This document shows positions 47,938-58,744 of a stretch of DNA of 64,000 nucleotides, piece after piece; within the stretch, counting starts at the first letter, position 1, and the number at the start of each line of letters is the position of its first letter. The stretch is taken from positions 282,263-346,262 of the forward strand of contig CAZKTA010000001.1 in NCBI GenBank assembly GCA_964555645.1, read 5' to 3'. The position numbers and the translations under genes were made by a program. The stretch comes from an uncultured Verrucomicrobiota bacterium (lineage in GTDB: Bacteria > Verrucomicrobiota > Verrucomicrobiia > Limisphaerales > DTLC01). The notes below the pieces were generated by a model, which had not been told where the DNA came from, ran no database searches, and saw only the letters and a list, made by a program, of their open reading frames with translations.

Positions 47938-48567
47938 ATCCCGACGACCCGTTTGCGAATGATAGGGGTGACAGCCCAAAAACGTCGGATGATTAAGTTG
48001 CGTTGTGGCAGCACATGTACCACGGCTCGCGTATGCGTTGCTTTCTACACCCTAGCGCGAAACACCCGTAGCATGGATTTGTTGCTCATTCAATCTACAC
48101 GCTGTTGCACGTGAGTTACCGTAGGCGCGGTCAGCTACACCTGCAGTAAACGGAATCCGAGTCCAGGTTTTCGTGTTCAAGTCGTACAGTGACATCTCTC
48201 TGGGTGATTGAAAGAGTGCCCTGGATTTTCAGCCTATACGTTGGTTGGCGCGCAAGTGCGGTAAAATGCACAGCGAGGTTCTCGCCGAACTGCTTGCTCT
48301 TTGCATGAGGTGGCTCGTGGTGTTGTCACGGATCGTGCGTTCGCAGTGCATTCTCTAGCCTGGAACATTTCAGCCTAAAAGTTGTAGTCCAAGTGGGGTG
48401 GCATTAAACGCAGTCATCGCGAGCGCTGCTTGTGACCGTACACGACACTCCGAGATGCATTGTATTCCTGGACGTGCCGTGTTTGTGCATGCGCTGAAAC
48501 AAAGGCTGACTGTGCGCAGACACAGTTAATCCAATTGCAGCCTTAGTAGGCCTGGCTGGGCACTTGT

Positions 48568-50940
48568 TTACTTTGCAAAAGGCTTGCGCAACAACCGCAG
48601 CGCATTGCCTATCACGATTATGTCGGACAACCCCATCGCCGCAGCGCATAGGATCGGGCTTAGAAACCCTAAAGCCGCCAACGGCACACTGGCTGCGTTG
48701 TAGAAGAACGCCCAAAACAGGTTTTGTTTAATGGTTCGTAGGGTGGCACGAGCTAGCCCGAGCGCTTCAGGTACGGCCTCAAGCTCAGAATTAAGTAGTA
48801 TCATGTCCGCAGCGTGGCGTGCGATGTCTGTGGCCTGCCCAACCGCAAGGCCCAGGTCAGCCTGCTCGATCGCAGGCGCGTCGTTGATGCCGTCTCCGAC
48901 AAAGGCGATTCGTTGTCCCTGTTGCTGCAGTTGTCTTACAAGGCGGGCCTTTAGTTCGGGTTTGATTTCTGCAAACACATTCTCGGTCGGTATCCCTGCT
49001 TGTTGAGCAATGCGCTGCGCAGTTGGTTCCGAGTCGCCTGTGACCATGTAAACTTTGAGTCCAGCGCGGGTGAGCCGATGCACAACATCGACTGCGCGCG
49101 GTTTAAGTGTGTCTTGTATGGCGAATGCGGCCCAAACCGTGTTGTCAATCGCCAGCCCGAGAACAGTTGCGCCATTGTTTGACCACTGTTGAATGAACGC
49201 GCCCGCGTCACCGAGTTGAGCACCGGTCTCCTCCAGCCACCGAATTGAACCCAGCCGAACGGTGACGTTGCCCGGCTTTGGCGCGTTACCCGGTTGACCC
49301 AGCATGGCTGCACTGATCGAGCCTTCAAGTCCGGCGCCTCTGAGCTCGTTGACCTTGGTGAAAGCGATCTCTGTTTTTGCGAGCTGTGCAATGGCCTTGC
49401 TGAGCGGGTGTGTCGAGTGCCGGGCCAAAGCAGCCGCCAGCGCTAGGGTGTTAATTCTCGTTGCAGATGTCCCGGCCTTGTTCATAGACGCATGCTCGGT
49501 GTTGGGATGACTTGTTTGCTGTTGAGCGCGGATTGCCTGCCATGTTTGAACGACAGTTGGTTCGCCGGTTGTTAATGTGCCGGTTTTATCAAACATGACA
49601 GCCGTGATTCGGCCGGCTTTTTCGAGTGCAACTCCGTCGCGAACCAGGATGCCACGTCGCGCAGCTGCGTTTGCTGCAGCCATGATTGCGGCTGGTGTTG
49701 CCAAACCCATTGCACACGGGCATGCAACGATTAGTACCGCTGCAGCGCAAATAAATGCGGCTGCCAGGGCTGGCTCGGGTGGATTTACATGCCACAAATA
49801 TGTGGCGAGCCGATCATGCACAGCGCGGGCTTGTTTGGGCATCAGACCCCACCATAAACCTGTACCGATTGCAATCAGTACGACAATTGGTACGAACACA
49901 CTGCTGATGCGGTCGGCCAGACGCTGGATGTTTGCGCGGCTTGTTTGCGCGCGCCTGACAGCGGCAATTATATTTGCCAGCGCAGTTTGTTCGCCTGTGG
50001 CAAGCACACGTTGCACAAGCGTGCCTGTTAGATTGATTGTGCCTGTGAACAACTGGCTACCAACTGATTTCTCAATCGGGATTGACTCGCCTGTGAGCAT
50101 TGATTCGTCCACAGCAGATCCACCTTCTATCACCACGCCATCGGTTGGGATCCGATCCCCGGCGCGGAGAACGACAAGGTCACCCGGCTGCAGTTTGGCT
50201 ACTGGCACTTCTGTGTCTGTTCCATCCGGATTTCGGCGGAGTGCCTTGTCTGGGGCAAGCTCCATGAGGGTTTTCAGGGCCACGGCAGCTTTTGCGCTTA
50301 CGTGTGTTTCGAGCCAGTGGCCGAGGCTTATGAGCGTGATGATCGCTGCGGCTTCGAGGAAGTATAGGTGCCCATCTCGAGCGGCGAGCAGTACCCAAGC
50401 GCTGTAGCCAAAGGCTGTGCTCGAGCCAAGCACAACCAGTGTGTCCATGTTCGACCGCCCCGCTTTGAGCTGTGTCCACGCGCCACGGTAAAACTTTGCC
50501 CCGGCGAATATCTGCACGGTTGCTGCAAGTGCAAAGCTGCTCCATCTGAACCAGGGCGCGTTGCCCAGGCCAAGCACCCATTCGCCAACTGCAAGCAGAA
50601 CGGTTACAATGGCGCCCAGCCACAGATTGGTTTGCCAATGTGCCTGCGGCTCAAGGCCGTTTTTGCCCGCGGCTGCCCCAGCAATTTGCGCGCTGTAACC
50701 TGCCCGTGCAATTGCATCGGTAACGGCCCCCACGTCAGGTACTTCCCCGGATGACCAGACAATCGTCACGCGGCCTGAATCAAACTCTACAGCTGCATCA
50801 GTAACGCCTGGCACGGATTTGATTGCCTGTGTAACTATGCGTGCGCAGTTTGCGCATGTCATACCGGTCACATACAGCTCGGTTTGTCTGAGCCGAGACT
50901 GCGCAGGTGCGTTTGATGTATATTGGCCGGTGCTGTTCAT
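48568..50940 (-). CDS. copA: copper-translocating P1B-type ATPase
   Basis: N-terminal HMA GMTCANCA, CPC in TM6 (ACPCAMGLATP), DKTGTLT and GDGINDAP. Confidence 0.95.
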   Translation of the reverse strand: MNSTGQYTSNAPAQSRLRQTELYVTGMTCANCARIVTQAIKSVPGVTDAAVEFDSGRVTIVWSSGEVPDVGAVTDAIARAGYSAQIAGAAAGKNGLEPQAHWQTNLWLGAIVTVLLAVGEWVLGLGNAPWFRWSSFALAATVQIFAGAKFYRGAWTQLKAGRSNMDTLVVLGSSTAFGYSAWVLLAARDGHLYFLEAAAIITLISLGHWLETHVSAKAAVALKTLMELAPDKALRRNPDGTDTEVPVAKLQPGDLVVLRAGDRIPTDGVVIEGGSAVDESMLTGESIPIEKSVGSQLFTGTINLTGTLVQRVLATGEQTALANIIAAVRRAQTSRANIQRLADRISSVFVPIVVLIAIGTGLWWGLMPKQARAVHDRLATYLWHVNPPEPALAAAFICAAAVLIVACPCAMGLATPAAIMAAANAAARRGILVRDGVALEKAGRITAVMFDKTGTLTTGEPTVVQTWQAIRAQQQTSHPNTEHASMNKAGTSATRINTLALAAALARHSTHPLSKAIAQLAKTEIAFTKVNELRGAGLEGSISAAMLGQPGNAPKPGNVTVRLGSIRWLEETGAQLGDAGAFIQQWSNNGATVLGLAIDNTVWAAFAIQDTLKPRAVDVVHRLTRAGLKVYMVTGDSEPTAQRIAQQAGIPTENVFAEIKPELKARLVRQLQQQGQRIAFVGDGINDAPAIEQADLGLAVGQATDIARHAADMILLNSELEAVPEALGLARATLRTIKQNLFWAFFYNAASVPLAALGFLSPILCAAAMGLSDIIVIGNALRLLRKPFAK

Positions 50941-51069
50941 GAGTCCGGTTTTGACACACAGTAAGCCATGTAATGCCGGGCGTCCAGTGGCTGGGCTTAC
51001 ATGTTACAGCCAGTTGATTAGGTTGGCTGCGGCCGGATGTGCTTGTTGTGGGGGATTCGCGGCTGCAGG

Positions 51070-52047
51070 TCAGGTTTCCAATACTGCCCCAAACCGCAAC
51101 CCGCGTGTGCTAATGACAAGCTCGGCCATGACGAGCTTTTCCATGATAGCCTCGTAAATGGCGGCGCCAAACAAGATGATGTCGGCGCGGTCAGGGGGCA
51201 GACCAACCACTCTTTTACGGTTTTCGAGTGGCATTTGCCAAAGCTGTTCGACGATGGCACGCACCTGGTCCAGCCGCAGGCGCATGCCGTCAATTTTAAG
51301 GCGATCAAATTTGGGCAGTCCGGCCTGGATACAGGCGAGCACAGCGCTTGTGCCGCCGGTGCCGACAAGTTGTAGCGAATCGGTTGCGTTCGGGTTTCCG
51401 GCTCCGGCTGGTGCTTTTGCCTTTGCACCTTGTGCAAGTGCAGGCTTTAGCTCAGGTTGCATCTCGCGTTCGATAAAATCCCTGAGCCATCGCCGACAAT
51501 TGGCAAGCTCGGCTGAAGTAGGCGGGTCACTGTGTTGTAACTGGTGCGCAAGGCGCACCGCACCGAGCTGGTAACTGCGTTGTAGCTGCATGTGGGGGCC
51601 GTTGCCGAGGATCAATTCTGTGCTGCCGCCACCAACATCAATTATTAACAGTGGTTTGCCTTCAAAAGCCGGGTCGGTCCGCACGCCGAGATACGCAAGT
51701 TGCGCTTCGCGTTCACCGGAGATAATCTCGACCGGCAGACAGACTGCCTGTTCCAGAGTGGCTTTAAGCTCGTCTGCATTTTTAGCTTCGCGCGCTGCGC
51801 TTGTGGCAAAAAGTTTTATGGACGATGCTTTGTACCTGAGCGCAATCGTGATGAATGCGCCGACAGTAGTTGCAGTTTGAGTAATTGCTTGTGGTTGGAT
51901 TTGGCCTGTGTCGTACAGGCCGTGGCCAAGCCGGGTTTGCCTGCAGTCTTCGTACACGGGATCAACTCGCTGTCCCGTGACATCGGCAACCAATAATTTG
52001 ATGGAGTTTGTGCCTACATCAATTACCGCACGCCGAACAGTCTGCAT
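51070..52047 (-). CDS. ppx: Ppx/GppA-family phosphatase
   Basis: RRAVIDVGTNSIKLLVADV and IIDVGGGSTELI motifs. The start is at an internal ATG of ORF 51070..52191. Confidence 0.85.
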   Translation of the reverse strand: MQTVRRAVIDVGTNSIKLLVADVTGQRVDPVYEDCRQTRLGHGLYDTGQIQPQAITQTATTVGAFITIALRYKASSIKLFATSAAREAKNADELKATLEQAVCLPVEIISGEREAQLAYLGVRTDPAFEGKPLLIIDVGGGSTELILGNGPHMQLQRSYQLGAVRLAHQLQHSDPPTSAELANCRRWLRDFIEREMQPELKPALAQGAKAKAPAGAGNPNATDSLQLVGTGGTSAVLACIQAGLPKFDRLKIDGMRLRLDQVRAIVEQLWQMPLENRKRVVGLPPDRADIILFGAAIYEAIMEKLVMAELVISTRGLRFGAVLET

Positions 52048-52205
52048 AACGGGCTTAATAATAGTTGGGCTGGACCCGATTGCAAAAACGAAATCCGAGC
52101 TAGCCGCCTTGCCAGAGGCCGCCGACCAACTGCAAAAATTACTGGCGCACAGCATTAATCGTGATATTGTTTTGCCCGACAAGACAAACACTAGTAAGCC
52201 AAAGA

Positions 52206-53675
52206 ATGGAACCTAAAGCTGATATTGCAGTGATCGGGCTGGCTGTGATGGGCCAGAATCTTATCTTGAACATGAACGACCACGGCTTCACCGTCGTGGC
52301 ATACAACCGTACCGTATCCAAGGTTGACGAGTTCCTCGCAAACGAGGCAAAGGGCACAAATGTGCTCGGAGCGCACTCGCTTCAGGAGATGGCCGCGTTA
52401 CTCAAAAAACCGCGCCGCGTGATGCTGATGGTTAAAGCCGGGCAGGCAGTGGACGAGTTCATCGAACAACTGCTTGGTGTTCTTGAACCGGGTGACATCA
52501 TCATTGACGGTGGCAACTCGAATTTCGAGGACACAATCCGACGCACCAAATATGTCGAAAGCAAAGGCCTGCTTTACATTGGCACCGGCGTAAGCGGCGG
52601 TGAGGAAGGCGCCAGACACGGCCCGAGCATTATGCCTGGCGGCAGCCCGGCTGCATGGCCCCATGTTAAACCGATTTTCCAAGCTATTGCAGCAAAGGTA
52701 ACAGACCCGACCACAGGCGCGGTCGAGCCGTGCTGCGACTGGGTTGGCGAAGGCGGCGCGGGTCACTACGTCAAGATGACCCACAACGGTATCGAGTACG
52801 GCGACATGCAGCTCATTTGCGAGGCCTACCATATTATGCGGGACGGCCTAGGCATGACGGCCGACGAAATGCACGAGGTGTTCAAGGAATGGAACGAGGG
52901 TGAACTGAAATCGTACTTGATCGAAATTACACGCGACATACTGGCTTTCAAAGACGAAGATGGCCAACCGCTCATAGACAAGATTCTTGATGCTGCAGGT
53001 CAAAAGGGTACGGGTAAATGGACAGTGATTTCGTCGCAGGAACTTGGCATTCCAATTACGTTAATTGCCGAGGCGGTTTATGCGCGGTGTCTATCGTCCA
53101 TGAAAGACCAACGTGTCGAGGCATCCAAAGTGTTTAAGCCGACCAAAACACAGTTTGCTGGCAACCGCAAACGTTGGATAGACGACATCCGCAAGGCACT
53201 CTATGCCTCTAAGATCGTCAGCTATGCACAGGGGTTCATGCTCATGCGCGCTGCAGCACAGCACTATGGCTGGAATCTAAATTACGGCGGTATTGCGTTG
53301 ATGTGGCGGGGCGGCTGTATCATCCGTAGCGTGTTCCTTGGCGAGATCAAGAAAGCTTTCGAGCGTAATCCAGGCCTGACGAATCTGTTGCTTGATCCAT
53401 TTTTTGCAAGGGCAATCAAGAGGTCTTTGCGCTCATGGCGCAAAGTTGTCAGTACAGCAATGCGCAGAGGTATCCCTGTGCCAGCCTTTAGCACGGCACT
53501 AGCCTTCTTCGACGGTATGCGCAGCGAACAGTTGCCGGCCAACCTACTACAGGCGCAACGCGATTACTTCGGTGCGCATACATACGAGCGAGTGGACAGG
53601 CCGCGTGGCCAGTTTTTCCATACAAACTGGACCGGGCGCGGCGGCCGCGTGGCAAGTACTACATATACCGTCTGA
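52206..53675 (+). CDS. gnd: NADP-dependent 6-phosphogluconate dehydrogenase (decarboxylating)
   Basis: ADIAVIGLAVMGQNLILNM Rossmann N-terminus, GGAGHYVKMTHNGIEYGDMQLI and AQRDYFGAHTYER. Confidence 0.95.
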   Translation: MEPKADIAVIGLAVMGQNLILNMNDHGFTVVAYNRTVSKVDEFLANEAKGTNVLGAHSLQEMAALLKKPRRVMLMVKAGQAVDEFIEQLLGVLEPGDIIIDGGNSNFEDTIRRTKYVESKGLLYIGTGVSGGEEGARHGPSIMPGGSPAAWPHVKPIFQAIAAKVTDPTTGAVEPCCDWVGEGGAGHYVKMTHNGIEYGDMQLICEAYHIMRDGLGMTADEMHEVFKEWNEGELKSYLIEITRDILAFKDEDGQPLIDKILDAAGQKGTGKWTVISSQELGIPITLIAEAVYARCLSSMKDQRVEASKVFKPTKTQFAGNRKRWIDDIRKALYASKIVSYAQGFMLMRAAAQHYGWNLNYGGIALMWRGGCIIRSVFLGEIKKAFERNPGLTNLLLDPFFARAIKRSLRSWRKVVSTAMRRGIPVPAFSTALAFFDGMRSEQLPANLLQAQRDYFGAHTYERVDRPRGQFFHTNWTGRGGRVASTTYTV

Positions 53676-53823
53676 GCCTAAAGAGCCGTTGTTTCAGAGT
53701 TAGGTAGTGGCACACGCCCCGAGTGTGTGTTGGTTGGTGATGCTGCGTAACTGGCTGGATAAGCTCCCCACATTGCTGCGGTACCATTAGCACTGGCGGG
53801 CCGCCAGTTGTTCGTTCTTGAGC

Positions 53824-53850
53824 TTGGGCACGCTTTTTAAGCGTGCCCAA
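53824..53850. terminator. perfect 12-bp hairpin between convergent gnd and the reductase gene
   Basis: TTGGGCACGCTT - TTT - AAGCGTGCCCAA. A second palindrome, ACTGGCGGgCCGCCAGT, lies about 45 nt upstream. No clean U-tract on either strand. Confidence 0.5.
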
Positions 53851-54042
53851 AATATCCGGGTTAATGCACGGTAAAATCTGCCCGTGCTCGGTAGCAGTGC
53901 AGCGAGCGATGCTGTGAAAAAGCCCGATGGCGGCGGGCAAGCTTTTACCGGGCAGTCGGCTAACAGGACTGGCGCGCCTCGGGGGCGCCGACAGGGTAAG
54001 TCGGCCTATCAGTTGGGCGCGGCTGGCGCGGTCCCAAAGACA

Positions 54043-54963
54043 TTACGCCTCGGCTAGCGCGCGGTTTACGCGTCTGATGGCTTCGTTAATCTCGCTTTCG
54101 TTTGCAAAGCCGATCACGATAGCATCAATGTCAGCGCACGCCATGGCGAACCTAATAGCTTTGTCGCGGTCAGCCGGGTCAGTGAAAGTGCCGTTGCCGA
54201 TTATTTTCATGCCGATGACACCGCAGCCATTGGCGTGCATTTTTTTGATCTGCTCCATGACAGGCGCGATGTCGTTTGTATGGCGGGCTCCCCACTCGAC
54301 CTGTTCACCATCAATAAATTTGCCCTGTGGATTAACACGCACCAGATGTACCTCGGCCCAATCGGTGTTGGCAGCGGCACGTAATGCAGGCAGTGTATGA
54401 CACGAGACACCCTTGGCGCGAATCCATTTCTTTTCCTTGGCTTGGTCGAAGGCGTCCATCACGCGTTTCCATTCCTCAGTCCAATTGCCGCGCACCATGC
54501 AATGAATGAGCAGGCTATCAATGTAGTCTGTGTTAAAGGTTTTCCTGTGCCGGTCAATCGCAGCCAACACGTTCTCGGGTTTGCCCGGTATTTTGGATTG
54601 AATGAACAACTTTTCGCGCGGCAGTCCTTTGATGGCGTCGCCGATCCACTCGAATGTTTGGTATGTCTCAGCGGTGTCAATGTACGTGATGCCCTTATCG
54701 AAAGCCGCGTGGACAAGCTTGATGAATCCTTGTTTGCCAAGAGCAACCTGTGTCCAGCCGTTGTTTGAGCCGGTGCCGAGGCCAAGCCGGCTTAGCTTAA
54801 GGCCAGTTTTGCCCAGAAGCACTTGATCAACAGCAGTCCGTTTTGGCAGCGGTGCAGTGGGCGGGTTTGTTTGGGTACCAAAGATGCGGGAAACAACCGC
54901 TAGCCCGGCCAAGCTTGTGGTTATCTTGACGAACTGCCGCCGCGTTAATGTCTGGTGCATCAT
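54043..54963 (-). CDS. aldo/keto reductase with twin-arginine signal peptide
   Basis: MMHQTLTRRQFVKITTSLAGLAVV (TRRxFVK) followed by an AKR body (GITYIDTAETY..., IDSLLIHC...). Confidence 0.85.
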   Translation of the reverse strand: MMHQTLTRRQFVKITTSLAGLAVVSRIFGTQTNPPTAPLPKRTAVDQVLLGKTGLKLSRLGLGTGSNNGWTQVALGKQGFIKLVHAAFDKGITYIDTAETYQTFEWIGDAIKGLPREKLFIQSKIPGKPENVLAAIDRHRKTFNTDYIDSLLIHCMVRGNWTEEWKRVMDAFDQAKEKKWIRAKGVSCHTLPALRAAANTDWAEVHLVRVNPQGKFIDGEQVEWGARHTNDIAPVMEQIKKMHANGCGVIGMKIIGNGTFTDPADRDKAIRFAMACADIDAIVIGFANESEINEAIRRVNRALAEA

Positions 54964-55086
54964 ACCGTTACGTCCGTTTTTTGAGTAAACCGTTAACCTG
55001 AATGAGCTAAAACGCAAATTGAAATTTGTGAGTGAGCTTTGTAGCAGTGTCATGACGGACCTTTTGCTGCATGCTCGGGAAGCGAT

Positions 55087-56556
55087 TTACTGTGCCAGAG
55101 GCGGCTTATGCTTGTGCCAGTCCGTGCTCTGTTCGTATGCATGAGCAATTTTGAGGATCGTTACCTCGCCGAAATGTTTGCCAAGGATTTGGAGTCCGAT
55201 CGGTAGTTTTGGGGATTTAGTAAACCCGCACGGCACGCTTATGCCGCAGATGCCGGCCAGGTTGCATGAGATAGTATAGATGTCTGAAAGGTACATCTGT
55301 AGTGGGTCGTCAATTTTTTCGCCCAGCCGAAATGCCGGCGTGGGTGCAGTCGGTGTCACAATTGCGTCCACTTGCTCGAACGCGCGTAGGAAATCTTGCC
55401 TGATGAGTGTACGCACTTTCTGTGCGCGCATGTAATAGGCGTCGTAATAGCCAGCGCTCAATGCGTATGTGCCGAGAATGATCCTGCGTTTGACTTCTGG
55501 GCCGAAACCCACGCCGCGTGTGCGGCAGTACAGTTCGGTCGGGTCGGCTCCGGCCAAGCGCAGGCCGTATCTGACGCCGTCGAACCTGGCAAGATTTGTT
55601 GATGCCTCAGCAGTGGCGATGATGTAGTAGGTTGCAATGGCGTATTCGGTGTGGGGCAGCGAAATTTCGAAAATTTCGGCACCTAGGGAGGCCAGGTGAT
55701 TAACAGCAGCTTCGACGGCTTGTTTAACCTCTGTGTCAAGGCCGCCGAGCATGTATTCCTTGGGCAAACCGATTTTGGTGCCCTTGATCGAGCAATTGAG
55801 CGCGGCGGCGTAATCGGGCACCGGCACAGGTACACTCGTCGAGTCGCGTGTATCGTGCCCTGCGATCACACCCAACAGCGTTGCAACATCGCGCACGGTT
55901 TTGCCCAGTGGCCCAATCTGGTCAAGTGACGACGCGTATGCCACTAGGCCGTAGCGCGACACTCTGCCATAGGTGGGCTTAAGTCCGACGCAGCCGCACA
56001 TTGCAGCCGGTTGACGAATCGAGCCGCCTGTGTCAGAGCCGAGGCTGGCAATGCATTCGTCTGCAACAACGGCGGCGGCTGAGCCCCCGGACGAGCCGCC
56101 AGGTACACGCTCGAGGTCCCACGGATTCCGCGTTGGGCCGAACGCAGACGTTTCTGTGGAGCTGCCCATGGCGAACTCGTCCATGTTAAGCCTGCCGAAG
56201 ACAACTGCACCTGCCGCCCTGAGTTTTTCGACGACGGTAGCATCGTAGGGTGAAATGAATCCATCGAGAATGCGCGAGGCGCAGTTGAGTCGGTGGCCTT
56301 TGACAGCAATGACGTCTTTTATGGCGATTGGGACGCCGAGCAGGGGTTTTGCCGGGTCGCCGGCGCGCGCGCGCAATGTATCGGCTGCTTCAGCTTGGGC
56401 GAGTGCATCTTGAGGATCATAGCTGATGAAGGCATGGATTTGGCCGTCTACACGCTGGATTTGCTCTAGGCAAGCACGCGTTAAATCGGCTGCAGAGGCT
56501 TCGCGCCGCGCAAGTATCGCGATCGCGTCGGATAAGGTAAGCTGGTTTAGGGTCAT
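55087..56556 (-). CDS. gatA: Asp-tRNA(Asn)/Glu-tRNA(Gln) amidotransferase subunit A
   Basis: Amidase signature [11 protein letters not shown]...[12 protein letters not shown]. Confidence 0.95.
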   Translation of the reverse strand: MTLNQLTLSDAIAILARREASAADLTRACLEQIQRVDGQIHAFISYDPQDALAQAEAADTLRARAGDPAKPLLGVPIAIKDVIAVKGHRLNCASRILDGFISPYDATVVEKLRAAGAVVFGRLNMDEFAMGSSTETSAFGPTRNPWDLERVPGGSSGGSAAAVVADECIASLGSDTGGSIRQPAAMCGCVGLKPTYGRVSRYGLVAYASSLDQIGPLGKTVRDVATLLGVIAGHDTRDSTSVPVPVPDYAAALNCSIKGTKIGLPKEYMLGGLDTEVKQAVEAAVNHLASLGAEIFEISLPHTEYAIATYYIIATAEASTNLARFDGVRYGLRLAGADPTELYCRTRGVGFGPEVKRRIILGTYALSAGYYDAYYMRAQKVRTLIRQDFLRAFEQVDAIVTPTAPTPAFRLGEKIDDPLQMYLSDIYTISCNLAGICGISVPCGFTKSPKLPIGLQILGKHFGEVTILKIAHAYEQSTDWHKHKPPLAQ

Positions 56557-56637
56557 TGTTGCTCTAAACGACTAGTGCACTTGCGCTTTTCAGGCTGTAG
56601 ATCGGGTTTTGACATAGAGCCGCTGGTGTGCGGAAAT

Positions 56638-56931
56638 TCACTCGACAATTTTCGGCACGATGAACAGTCCATTTGTTTGGTTGGGTGCATTGCGCATGGC
56701 TTCTTCGTGCGGGAGTGAATGGTGAACCTGGTCTGGCCGGGTCACATTTGTCAGAGGCGCAGCGTGAGCGGTTGGCTCGACATTCGACACATCCAGTTGT
56801 TTAAGTTTTTCGACATAAGCCAGTACTTGGCCCAGTTGGACGGCAAATTTTTTTTCTTCTTCGGCTGTGAGTGACAGTCGCGCCAAATGCGCCACGTGTT
56901 TTACGTCAATTTCGACTGCGGCCATACGCAA
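56638..56931 (-). CDS. gatC: Asp-tRNA(Asn)/Glu-tRNA(Gln) amidotransferase subunit C
   Basis: VKHVAHLARLSLTAEEEKKFAVQLGQVLAYVEKL pattern; upstream of gatA. Confidence 0.85.
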   Translation of the reverse strand: MRMAAVEIDVKHVAHLARLSLTAEEEKKFAVQLGQVLAYVEKLKQLDVSNVEPTAHAAPLTNVTRPDQVHHSLPHEEAMRNAPNQTNGLFIVPKIVE

Positions 56932-57233
56932 TAAGATTAGGCGGCCAGACCGTATTTAAAAGCCAAAAACTTCGTGCCCCCAAGTCACGCTGCGCGGCCG
57001 CAGCTGCCGATGCTTTGCAGTTCGAGTTAGCAGCACGGCAGTGAATGAGTCCCGCCAGTACTCGTGCGCAACCGGGTCGGTTCAGTTGTACAAATGCTAC
57101 GTGTCAAAGCTCGTGGACGCCGAAATTTCGGGTTGCCGCAGTATGGCAGCTTGTTGGGCTAAGGCAGGCCAATTTTTCATCCCAAAGGCTTGACTACGAA
57201 CATGTGACGTCCGGGAGTGATTGATCGGAACAT

Positions 57234-57533
57234 CTAATCTTCGCCGAACTTGCGTTTAATGAGTCGTTCGAGTTCAGCCAGTGCCTGTTGTGCGTCGTGG
57301 CCTTGGGCGTAGAGCTTGAGTTTGCTGCCCGGGCCTGCTGCGAGCATCAACAGGCCGATTATGCTTTTGCCGTTTATCTTTTCACCATCTTTCTCGACAA
57401 ACACATCGCTGGCAAATCTGTTTGCCACCTTGACAAACATTGCAGCCGGACGCGCATGCAGGCCGAGTTTGTTTGTGATCTCGACCTCGCGCGTGAGTAT
57501 CTGGGGCGATTCAGCCTGTTTTTTACCGCTCAT
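57234..57533 (-). CDS. ptsH: phosphocarrier protein HPr
   Basis: GLHARPAAMFV (His15 site) and NGKSIIGLLML (Ser46 site). Confidence 0.9.
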   Translation of the reverse strand: MSGKKQAESPQILTREVEITNKLGLHARPAAMFVKVANRFASDVFVEKDGEKINGKSIIGLLMLAAGPGSKLKLYAQGHDAQQALAELERLIKRKFGED

Positions 57534-57681
57534 GCAGCGTGTTCGTTTGAAAAGTAGCTTGGTCGAACACCGATTTGCCAGCCAATTTTAATGCAGGTTT
57601 AGCATTTGCATGACACAAAAATGCGCGTTTTTTGGGGGAAACGCCTTGAATTTTGTGTTTCAGCATCAGGAAAAAGCCTCG

Positions 57682-58629
57682 CTAAAACTTGTCTCTACCC
57701 TGAATCTTTGCCAGGAGCCGGTCGCTCAACTCGCGAGCGGGGTTTTGGCCTGACTCCTTAAGTTTTTGGTGGAATGCGGCCACCTCTATCAACCGCGCAA
57801 GGTCGCGTCCGGGGGCGACCGGAATTACAATATGGGGTATGTTTACGCCGAGGATTTTGGTGTATTGTTGCTCGACGCCGAGTCGGTCCGCCTGTTTGAC
57901 CTGTTCCCACGGCTTTAGTGTCACAACCAGATCAACGCGTTTTTCGCGTCGGATGCTCTTTACACCAAACAACGCTGCAACGTTTATTACGCCGATGCCG
58001 CGCACTTCCATGTGATCACGTGTTACATCTGCGCTTGTGCCGATTACATCACGCCCCTCGACAAGAGTGACCTTGGTAACGTCGTCAGATACAAGGCTGT
58101 AGCCGCGTTCGAGCAACCCGAGAACACTTTCGCTTTTGCCTATGCCGCTTTGGCCGCGAATGATCACACCCACACCCAGGATGTCAACCATGCTGCCCAT
58201 TTCCAACCCGTACGGTGCGAACATTGTTTCCAATGCCAACGTGGCGCGGTTGATGAATTTCATCGTGATGAGCGGGCATTCAAACACCGGCACATCAAGT
58301 TTTTCAGCCATTCTCAAGAATAGCCGGTCGGGGTGCAGGTTTCGGCAGAACACAACGCACGGTATCTTGTGCGAAAAGAGCAGCTTGTAAGCGCGCTCGC
58401 GTTGTTCCGGTGTGAGCGATTTCAAATAGTACGCCTCGGCGTAGCCGAACACTTGAATGCGCCTGCCGGCGAAGTATTTAGTGAACCCGGTTAACAGCAG
58501 ACCGGGCCGGTTAACCGTCGGTTCACGAATGATGCGTTTTAGGCCGTTTGCACCCGCAATAAGCCGAAGTCCGAGTTCGTGTATCTGTTCGGTGTATAGC
58601 CGTTCGACTGTAACTGTGTCGCGTTGCAT
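57682..58629 (-). CDS. hprK: HPr kinase/phosphorylase
   Basis: Walker A GQSGIGKSE and the HprK C-terminal domain pattern (LVSDD...MEVRGIGVINV). Confidence 0.9.
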   Translation of the reverse strand: MQRDTVTVERLYTEQIHELGLRLIAGANGLKRIIREPTVNRPGLLLTGFTKYFAGRRIQVFGYAEAYYLKSLTPEQRERAYKLLFSHKIPCVVFCRNLHPDRLFLRMAEKLDVPVFECPLITMKFINRATLALETMFAPYGLEMGSMVDILGVGVIIRGQSGIGKSESVLGLLERGYSLVSDDVTKVTLVEGRDVIGTSADVTRDHMEVRGIGVINVAALFGVKSIRREKRVDLVVTLKPWEQVKQADRLGVEQQYTKILGVNIPHIVIPVAPGRDLARLIEVAAFHQKLKESGQNPARELSDRLLAKIQGRDKF

Positions 58630-58744
58630 AAGTCGTCACATTTTTTCCAGGCGCGCGCGTCGGCACAGCAGACCACCTCCCGAAACACTGCCGTTGCGCG
58701 CCGGAGCTGATACAGTGGACGGTTTCTTGACACGGGTCGAGCTC

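Noticed and set aside
49577-50407. 276-aa ORF antisense to copA, and similar long antisense ORFs (19711-20433, 9227-9853, 42738-43463, 31415-32086, 4831-5502, 35799-36362, 38679-39284)
   Set aside because: Each lies opposite a gene with strong family motifs and has A/R/S/P-rich composition typical of antisense frames in moderately GC-rich DNA.
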